Source: Paramoeba atlantica (taxonomy: Eukaryota > Protista > Discosea). Taken from it: 64,000 nucleotides of DNA. Below the pieces are notes generated by a model, which had not been told where the DNA came from, did no database searches, and saw nothing but the letters and a program-made list of their open reading frames with translations. Of this stretch, positions 1-7,998 are shown in pieces (within the stretch, counting starts at the first letter, position 1; every line of letters starts with the position of its first letter). Position numbers and translations under genes: made by a program. The stretch lies in NCBI GenBank assembly GCA_977017575.1, contig CDRNVI010000203.1:1-64000 (forward strand), given 5' to 3'.

Positions 1-215
1 TAATCACTACCCCTCACCAAAAGGTCGCAATAATATATGTTTTTAGCGTTTAAGATCTGGAGACCATTTTCAAAATAGAAAATGTCAATCGCTTTTTTCT
101 TACGCAAGTACGTCAAAAAAATCGTTTTTCTCCATGAGCTAAAACGAGTTAGTTCGATCGGGCTTTTTTTGATGCTTTTTTTGGATCGCAGCTTCAACAA
201 AAAAAAATTTCCGCT

Positions 216-1324
216 GCTGTTTTCCAACAAAGAAAATTATAAAAAAATAATTTTGTTGTTGTCAAATACGATCTTTTAAAATATAAAATTTTTTTTATCG
301 TTATAAATTTTATTCCGACATAAATTTGTTGGAAAAGTAACAGTAAAAAGTTGTTAATGAAAAAAAAATAAATTCATTAACAACAACGTTGATGAAAAAT
401 AACAATCAACGCTGTTAAATTTCCAACAAAATAATGTCAGAAAAAAATTTCTGCCGAAATAATTTAGCTGATTAAATTTTTATCACGACAAAAATATTTT
501 TTTGTTGATCAATTAAATCGTTATTAACAAAAAAGTTATAACGCTGTTAATTTTCCAACATAAAAATTTTTTATCTCTCAAAAAATATTTTTTGATGTTC
601 AAAGTTATCGTTTGATAACAAAAAAGTTATAACGCTGTAACTTTTCCAACAAAAAAAATTTTTTTTCGTGTTAAAAATTATTTTTGATCAATAAAAATTA
701 TTTTCGATGTTCAAATTCATCGTTTGATAACAAAAAAGTTATAACGCTGTTAATTTTCCATCAAAAATTATTTTTTTTGCTTCAAAAATTTTTTTTAACA
801 TAAAAATTTATAATGATGATTACAAAATAAGTGTTGCAACTCAAAAAAGTTGTTTAACACTGTTAATTTTCCATCAACATCATAATTTTTATTTAAAAAT
901 TTTAATCAAAATCAATTTTATAAACATTTTTTGTAAAAAAATTAAAATTTTTACTGGAAAATTACGGTGAGATGCATAAAAATTAGATTTAAACATAAAT
1001 TTATGCAAACTACCGTTTAATTTCCAACAAAATTTAAATTTTTTTCATTCAAAAATAGATTTTTTTAATTTTTCGCCGACAAAATTGAAAAAAAATTGAA
1101 TTTTCATTCAAAAAGTTGTAAAATTGAGTCTCAGGATGAAAAAGTGGAAAAAGACCACATTTTATCAATTCGACGCTAAATTAGCAAAAAATTTCAATTT
1201 CTACACCTAAATGACTGTAGAAATTGGTGTTTTCCTACAATTTTGTGGAAACTCCTGACAAACACTGCTAAATTTCCAACAAAAAGTCAATTTGCAGGTG
1301 CTGCCCGTGGATTTTCCAACAAAA
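216..1324 (+). repeat. Degenerate internal sub-repeats, motif (AAC)GCTGTTAA(T)TTTCCA(A/T)CAAAA
   Basis: Copies near 216, 408, 540, 631, 743, 856, 1011, 1261 and 1305, with one inverted copy at ~327-343. Three copies are preceded by TCGTT..TAACAAAAAAGTTATAACG (~517, 608, 719). Present in every unit. Confidence 0.8.
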
Positions 1325-1930
1325 TACTAGCAAAACTACTCAAAATGCTATTTTTCCGGCAGAAAACCGTCAAAATCTGCTTTTTCTGGGCAGGAATGAC
1401 AAAAACGGCCCAAAAAAGGCCCTGTCATTTTGCCCAAAAACGCAGTATTTTTTCCTGTTCTGGCCTGCAAATTAGCGGATGTCCAAGTGCCCCAAAAAAA
1501 GTGACTTGGACTCCGAGCCGACTCGAAAAGTCGTATTTTCCGGCAGAAACGAAAAAATATGCCACATTTTGTCCGACGATTATTTACAACTTTTTCTCGC
1601 ATCCCATCATAGCGATTTTGCGGATCTGCAAGTTGGGAGGGAACCAACTGCATTTTTTGGCCGTTTTGAACCCGTTTTGTAAAAAATCGCATATATAAAC
1701 TCCATAATTTCCCCTCAGAAATCTGCCACTTTTGGACGCCAAAAAGTGTTTTGCAGAATCTCGAGGGCAAAATAGGAGTTTTTTGACCCGATTTTGTGAA
1801 CAAAACTGGCATCAAAAACTATTCCAAATGCTCCAATCCGAATTTCAGCTATTGAACACTAAAAATGCTGAAAATCGCTATTTCGCACTGGAATTCCGCC
1901 AAAACTCCTTTTCAATGCGTATTTTGGGCG
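1240..1930 (+). other. Relatively GC-rich island with long imperfect hairpins (no credible ORF)
   Basis: GGGCAGGAATGACA (1388-1401) pairs fully with TGTCATTTTGCCC-containing 1423-1435 using G.T pairs. A nested rod spans 1674-1806 (GTTTTGT/ACAAAAC, AAAATCG/CGATTTT, AAACTCC/GGAGTTT, CCCTC/GAGGG, TCTGC/GCAGA, CACTTTTGG/CCAAAAAGTG). Confidence 0.6.
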
Positions 1931-2244
1931 AGAAAATCGTGAATTTTATAATTTTTAAACTTTTTTTTGTATAATTTATCATTTTTAGCGCGGATTTGTA
2001 TAATTTCTCGCATAATTTATTAGTTTTATAGCGTTGTAGTTAAAATTTTCATAATTTTATCATCAAAGTCATCATTTTTCTATAATTTCAAACAAAATTA
2101 TTAAAAAAAATGTTGTCTCAGACGAAAAAATTGCATGAAAGTTGTTAAACAACACTAAAACTAAAAAAATATCCCGCAGAAATTAAAAAACCGTGATAAA
2201 AATTTATAAATTCAAAAGAAAAATTTAAAAATCTTAAAAATTTA

Positions 2245-2288
2245 TGATGAAATCATCTTCTTTGTACCAAAATCAGATGTAAACATCA
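2245..2288 (-). other. Truncated copy (apical part only) of the hairpin scaffold
   Basis: ATCATCTTCTTTGTACCAAAATCAGATGT (2252-2280) is identical to the B1 scaffold and is closed by TGATG/CATCA. It looks unchanged in every unit. Confidence 0.75.
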
Positions 2289-2631
2289 AAAAATTTTTTT
2301 AAAATCACTAGTTGAAACCATCGTCTATGGTTTCTTTTGTTAATGATCAATGTTTTCATTTCATTCATAACATTTTCACGTTAACTTCGTTCAACTAACT
2401 TGAATTTTATTAAAATTATGATTCATAAAATAATTTTTTCATTGCTAAAAATAAAACCGCAATGGAAATTATTATGAAACAAGTTTTAATAATTCAAACT
2501 TAAGTTTGAACTCGAGTTATAAAATTTTAATAACATTAATATATACTTTTAAATAACTTCTATAATTAATTCAAAAGAGAATTTATAATTAAGAACTTAT
2601 AAAACTATATTTAATGATTTAAAACTTAATA

Positions 2632-2747
2632 ACTTGTTGTAATGTTTTCAATATAATAATATATTTACGATATATTATCTTCTTTGTTCCAAAATCAGAT
2701 GTTGATTATCGTACATTCTTATTACATGAAAACATAACAACATAAAG
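2632..2747 (-). ncRNA. Candidate hairpin RNA A1 (conserved scaffold, variable basal stem)
   Basis: TGTTGTAATGTTTTCA pairs with TGAAAACATAACAACA. The scaffold is the reverse complement of that in A2/A3, and a G.T pair appears on the - strand. Also in units 3, 5, 9, 12 and 13. Confidence 0.55.
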
Positions 2748-2800
2748 AATACAATAGGCACTCCTTACATTTAAATGCCCTTAATATAATTTATCGATAT

Positions 2801-2840
2801 ATTTAATTACACAAATAATTTAAAATATAATTTATAAAAT
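2801..2840. promoter_or_regulatory. Conserved AT-rich motif AT(T/A)TAATTAC(A/AC)AAATAAT(T/A)TAAAATAT; possible promoter element
   Basis: Retained within otherwise diverged spacers at 2801 (A), 7417 and 7790 (B) and 16690 (C). It lies 66-79 nt upstream of a + strand hairpin each time. Promoter function is inference only. Confidence 0.35.
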
Positions 2841-2879
2841 ATTAATAAAGTTCATGTAAAATGTAAGAAGTTACCCTAG

Positions 2880-3023
2880 TTTTCCTGGTATTGTGAGTAT
2901 GTTTTCATGTAATAAACATGTACGATAATCAACATCTGATTTTGACTCAAAGCAGAGTAATCATCGTTAAATATCGTTACAAAGTTATTACAAATAAAAC
3001 ATAAATCACTAATAACAGGAAAA
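2880..3023 (+). ncRNA. Candidate hairpin RNA A2
   Basis: TTTTCCTGGTATTGTGAGTATGTTTT pairs with AAAACATAAATCACTAATAACAGGAAAA. Inner helices are TGTAATAA/TTATTACA, TGTACGATA/TATCGTTACA, TGATT/AATCA and ACTC/GAGT. Confidence 0.62.
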
Positions 3024-3235
3024 TATTAAATACAAAAATATTTAATAAACTTCGATGCAAAAAAGCATCTTGACAATCTCTGTGTTTTTGTTAAAAAAAA
3101 TAGCGTAAAACTACAAAACCATATATATAAAATGAAAAGTGTATAAAAAAGAAAAGCATACACTTTGATACATTCAATCGAAAAATATCTCAATCATGTA
3201 TCATTAATTTTAGTATATATGGTAGGAGTTTTACC

Positions 3236-3375
3236 TTTACAGTGCTATTAGTCATGTTTTCATGTAATAAGAATGTACGATAATCAACATCTGATTTGCA
3301 CTCAAAGTAGAGTAATCATCGTTAAATATCAGTACAAAGTCATTACAAGAAAACTAAAGATTAAAGCACTGTAAA
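3236..3375 (+). ncRNA. Candidate hairpin RNA A3
   Basis: TTTACAGTGCTATTAGTCATGTTTTC pairs with GAAAACTAAAGATTAAAGCACTGTAAA, with a G.T pair on the + strand; same scaffold. Confidence 0.62.
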
Positions 3376-3376
3376 A

Positions 3377-3521
3377 TTGCACTAAGATTTCCTTCAGAAA
3401 TTCAAGTGCAAATATCCGCCCAACTTATAAAATATAAGTGGCGTCTATATATATTTTTTTATCGAAAAAAACGATAAATAAATAAAGATCATGATAAGAT
3501 TTCTACGAAATTCAATCATGA
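3377..3521 (+). other. Cluster of short hairpins, including two of the AA-GATTTC-loop-GAAATT-CA family
   Basis: TTGCACT/AGTGCAA (3377-3411), CGCC..ACTTATA/TATAAGT GGCG (3417-3443), TTTATCG/CGATAAA (~3452-3484) and TCATGAT/ATCATGA (3489-3521). Confidence 0.6.
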
Positions 3522-3693
3522 AGCATACACTATAGTGTATGCAAATTATTACAAAAATAATAATTTTAAAATTTTTTCTTCGAAATTCAAAGAAGAATTT
3601 ATTCGAAAAAAATATAAATTTTAATGTTTTCGTGTTTAACTACAACTTAAATTTATATATATTTCGTTAAATTAAGAGAATAATTAAACGAAA

Positions 3694-4062
3694 CTGTTAC
3701 TCGGCAAAAATAAGGGAATTTTTGAGTAACAGACCGTTCAAATTGAAAACAAAAAAACAATTTGCACGGCAATTCTTGGGGTTTTTACGCCTCACGGCTT
3801 CGTGATTGGACTAAAGAGCAGGAGCGAGAGCAAGAAAGTTTGCAGGGGTAGTTGAGTTAGCTATTCCCGGTGGAAGCTAACCTCGATTCTTTAGTCTTTA
3901 GTTGTGGTAATTTGGGATAGTGAAGTAAAATTTTTAAAGTTCACTATCGACAATTACTATTCTCTTTCATCTTTTGGCGTGCATTGCTAATTGATCCCAA
4001 TAGACAATCACATTCAGAAATGATCGTTGCTATCCCTATATGTATGTAAAATATCATACATA
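3694..4062 (+). ncRNA. Unassigned multi-branched structured RNA candidate
   Basis: CTGTTACTC/GAGTAACAG (3694-3732). TGCACGGCAA/TTGGCGTGCA (3763-3983) encloses TCACG/CGTGA, GACTAAAGA/TCTTTAGT, GTTAGCT/AGCTAAC and GGTAATT..GATAGTGAA/TTCACTATC..AATTAC. Two fully compensatory pair changes separate the types. Confidence 0.55.
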
Positions 4063-7000
4063 AGAATCAATAAGATCTATTTCGTCTCCTCTTTCATCCT
4101 TTTAACATAGCAAGACTAATCTATATTATATAATTATTATTCAACTTTTTTAATTATATTTTATCTGCTTGAACACCATAGTTCGATAAAAAATAAATAA
4201 AAAGATGAATAAATAACTAAAAAATAAAGATAGACAAGAACAAGAATAGTTTAGTTTAATTCCGTGTTAAATCCTCAATCCTTAAGTCGGATTTGTCACT
4301 CCATATACGATCAAACTTTATTTACTTAAATTTTTACAAAGATAGTAAAATTAAAAGTATAAAGATGATCTAGCTCACCAGTTTTATTTAAATTAAAATC
4401 TTACACAATGATTTTATATTTATAAACTACTCGCTTCCATCGACCCTCGACTTTGTTGAAGTTTGAGTGTTTGAGTTTACGATATTAAAGAGAAAAAAAA
4501 TATTATTGCGCTCTATTGGTGGGGCTTTCGTTAAATTATTAAAAGCTCAACGTCATTGTTCGCGTTTTACGTTACACTCCACAAGCTAAACAAGTGCGTT
4601 CTGCCTTAATAATCACTACCCCTCACCAAAAGGTCGCAATAATATATGTTTTTAGCGTTTAAGATCTGGAGACCATTTTCAAAATAGAAAATGTCAATCG
4701 CTTTTTTCTTACGCAAGTACGTCAAAAAAATCGTTTTTCTCCATGAGCTAAAACGAGTTAGTTCGATCGGGTGTTTTTTGATGCTTTTTTTGGATCGCAG
4801 CTTCAACAAAAAAAAATTTCCACTGCTGTTTTCCAACAAAGAAAATTATAAAAAAATAATTTTGTTGTTGTCAAATACGATCTTTTAAAATATAAAATTT
4901 TTTTTATCGTTATAAATTTTATTCCAACATAAATTTGTTGGAAAAGTAACAGTAAAAAGTTGTTAATGAAAAAAAATAAATTCATTAACAACAACGTTGA
5001 TGAAAAATAACAATCAACGCTGTTAAATTTCCAACAAAATAATGTCAGAAAAAAATTTCTGCCGAAATAATTTAGCTGATTAAATTTTTATCACGACAAA
5101 AATATTTTTTTGTTGATCAATTAAATCGTTATTAACAAAAAAGTTATAACGCTGTTAATTTTCCAACATAAAAATTTTTTATCTCTCAAAAAATATTTTT
5201 TGATGTTCAAAGTTATCGTTTGATAACAAAAAAGTTATAACGCTGTAACTTTTCCAACAAAAAAATTTTTTTTCGTGTTAAAAATTATTTTTGATCAATA
5301 AAAATTATTTTCGATGTTCAAATTCATCGTTTGATAACAAAAAAGTTATAACGCTGTTAATTTTCCATCAAAAATTATTTTTTTTGCTTCAAAAATTTTT
5401 TTTAACATAAAAATTTATGATGATGATTACAAAACCAGTGTTGCAACTCAAAAAAGTTGTTTAACACTGTGAATTTTCCATCAACATCATAATTTTTATT
5501 TAAAAATTTTAATCAAAATCAATTTTATAAACATTTTTTGTAAAAAAATTAAAATTTTTACTGGAAAATTACGGTGAGATGCATAAAAATTAGATTTAAA
5601 CATAAATTTATGCAAACTACCGTTTAATTTCCAACAAAATTTAAATTTTTTTCATTCAAAAATAGATTTTTTTAATTTTTCGCTGACAAAATTGAAAAAA
5701 AATTGAATTTTCATTCAAAAAGTTGTAAAATTGAGTCTCAGGATGAAAAAGTGGAAAAAGACCACATTTTATCAATTCGACGCTAAATTAGCAAAAAATT
5801 TCAATTTCTACACCTAAATGACTGTAGAAATTGGTGTTTTCCTACAATTTTGTGGAAATCCCTGACAAACACTGCTAAATTTCCAACAAAAAGTCAATTT
5901 GCAGGTGCTGCCCGTGGATTTTCCAACAAAATACTAGCAAAACTACTCAAAATGCTATTTTTCCGGCAGAAAACCGTCAAAATCTGCTTTTTCTGGGCAG
6001 GAATGACAAAAACGGCCCAAAAAAGGCCCTGTCATTTTGCCCAAAAACGCAGTATTTTTTCCTGTTCTGGCCTGCAAATTAGCGGATGTCCAAGTGCCCC
6101 AAAAAAAGTGACTTGCACTCCGAGCCGACTCGAAAAGTCGTATTTTCCGGCAGAAACGAAAAAATATGCCACATTTTGTCCGACGATTATTTACAACTTT
6201 TTCTCGCATCCCATCATAGCGATTTTGCGGATCTGCAGGTTGGGAGGGAGCCAACTGCATTTTTTGGCCGTTTTGAACCCGTTTTGTAAAAAATCGCATA
6301 TATAAACTCCTTAATTTCCCCTCAGAAATCTGCCACTTTTGGAGACCAAAAAGTGTTTTGCAGAATCTAAAGTGGAAAATAGGAGTTTTTTGACCCGATT
6401 TTGTGAACAAAACTGGCATCAAAAACTATTCCAAATGCTCCAATCCGAATTTCAGCTATTGAACACTAAAAATGCTGAAAATCGCTATTTCGCACTGGAA
6501 TTCCGCCAAAACTCCTTTTCAATGCGTATTTTGGGCGAGAAAACCGTCGATTTTATAATTTTTAAACTTTTTTTTGTATAATTTATCATTTTTAGCGCGG
6601 ATTTCTATAATTTCTCGCATAATTTATTAGTTTTATAGCGTTGTAGTTAAAATTTTCATAATTTTATCATCAAAGTCATCATTTTTCTATAATTTCAAAC
6701 AAAATTATTAAAAAAAATGTTGTCTCAGACGAAAAAATTGCATGAAAGTTGTTAAACAACACTAAAACTAAAAAAATATCCCGCAGAAATTAAAAAACCG
6801 TGATAAAAATTTATAAATTCAAAAGAAAAATTTAAAAATCTTAAAAATTTATGATGAAATCATCTTCTTTGTACCAAAATCAGATGTAAACATCAAAAAA
6901 TTTTTTTAAAATCACTAGTTGAAACCATCGTCTATGGTTTCTTTTGTTAATGATCAATGTTTTCATTTCATTCATAACATTTTCACGTTAACTTCGTTCA

Positions 7001-7237
7001 ACTAACTTGAATTTTATTAAAATTATGATTCATAAAATAATTTTTTCATTGCTAAAAATAGAATCGCAATGGAAATTATTATGAAACAAGTTTTAATAAT
7101 TCAAACTTAAGTTTGAACTCGAGTTATAAAATTTTATAAATTTAAATTATAATTTCAATCATTTCTATAATTAATTCAATAGAGAATTTATAATTATGAA
7201 ACTATGAAACTATATTTAATGATTTAAAATTTAATAA

Positions 7238-7369
7238 TCCCTGTATGTGTTCTTTATGTTTTCAATGTCTGATGATATGTTCGATATATCATCTTCTTTG
7301 TACCAAAATCAGATGTTGATTATCGTACATTCTTATTACATGAAAACAAAAAAGAACATACAACAGGGA
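7238..7369 (-). ncRNA. Candidate hairpin RNA B1
   Basis: TCCCTGTATGTGTTCTTTATGTTTTCA pairs with TGAAAACAAAAAAGAACATACAACAGGGA around the scaffold; also in unit 11 (+41173). Confidence 0.6.
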
Positions 7370-7492
7370 AATACTAAGATACTTTAATAACTATTATGTA
7401 TATAAATTGATCGAATATATAATTACAAAAATAATTTAAAATATTCAATAATATTAAATATATATAGTTATTAAAGTGATCTTGTATCCTAG

Positions 7493-7635
7493 TTCATGTC
7501 GATTCTTTTAGGTTTTCATGTAATAAGAATGTACGATAATCAACATCTGATTTTGACTCAAAGTAGAGTAATCATCGTTAAATATCAGTACAAAACTTAT
7601 TACAAAGAAAACAACTAATAAAGCATCGACATGAA
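7493..7635 (+). ncRNA. Candidate hairpin RNA B2
   Basis: TTCATGTCGAT/ATCGACATGAA forms a perfect 11-bp base, then CTTTT-AG/CTAATAAAG and GTTTTC/GAAAAC; same scaffold. Confidence 0.62.
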
Positions 7636-7855
7636 ATTCTGCTAAGATTTCTACGAAATTCAAGCAGAAAATTACACTAAGATTTCCTATAGAAATTCAA
7701 GTGTAAACAAACATTAGTATTGCAAAAACAATCTATGTTTGTATTAAAAAAAACACATCTAGAACAATATAATATAAATCAATAAAAATATTTAATTACA
7801 AAAATAATATAAAATATAATTTATAAATTTATTATTAAAATGATCTAGATGAACA

Positions 7856-7998
7856 TATTCCTGGGTATTCTAATGTGGTTTTCATGTAATAAACATGTAC
7901 GATAATCAACATCTGATTTTGACTCAAAGTAGAGTAATCATCGTTAAATATCGTATAAAGTTTATTAATAATAAAACCACAAAGGAATCCAAGGAATA
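7856..7998 (+). ncRNA. Candidate hairpin RNA B3
   Basis: TATTCCTGGGTATTCTAATGTGGTTTT pairs with AAAACCACAAAGGAATCCAAGGAATA; same scaffold. Confidence 0.6.

Larger units (their letters stand above)
1..4609. repeat. Unit 1, type A
   Basis: Central zone carries hairpins A1, A2 and A3; period 4609. Confidence 0.95.

Noticed and set aside
82-279. 65, 77, 63 and 95 aa ORFs in the AT-rich part
   Set aside because: Low-complexity translations of A/T tracts; the 63 and 95 aa ORFs appear or vanish with single homopolymer-length changes.
1243-1974. 151, 155, 67 and 80 aa ORFs (and their copies in every unit) as protein genes
   Set aside because: They overlap in several frames and strands, the 151 aa ORF starts at TTG, and the sequences are F/K-rich from homopolymer runs with no recognisable domain. 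Inter-type changes are largely non-synonymous (e.g. L>S, W>C, K>R, N>S).
2668-3330. CRISPR array
   Set aside because: The repeats are too long, only 2-3 per unit with one inverted, the spacers are ~150-400 nt and partly homologous, the flanks pair with each other, and no cas genes are present. The ATTTCTAC resemblance to Cas12a repeats is only 8 nt.
3776-3792. Telomerase RNA template (minus strand AAAAACCCCAAG) or telomeric repeat
   Set aside because: A single imperfect match to the hypotrich CAAAACCCCAAAAC template, with no tandem telomeric repeats in the window.
4459-4480. Nematode SL1-like AAGTTTGAG
   Set aside because: Only the last 9 nt match, there is no GT donor after it, and most units have AAGTTTAAG.
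4515-4535. RNase MRP/P P4-like GGGGCTT, or kinetoplast CSB-like G-rich motifs
   Set aside because: No partner CR-I strand at a plausible distance, and no exact GGGGTTGGTGTA or AGGGGCGTTC.
1-4609. rDNA, 5S or tRNA array, or an autonomous transposon unit
   Set aside because: No rRNA core motifs, no cloverleaf or A/B boxes, and no transposase, RT or Rep ORF, terminal inverted repeats or target-site duplications were found by eye; cmscan and tRNAscan-SE would be decisive.
3844-4623. Long-range pairing AGGGGTAGT (3844-3852) with ACTACCCCT (4615-4623)
   Set aside because: A 9-bp match can arise by chance in a 4.6 kb unit and there is no covariation to support it; worth rechecking only if a transcript spans both sites.
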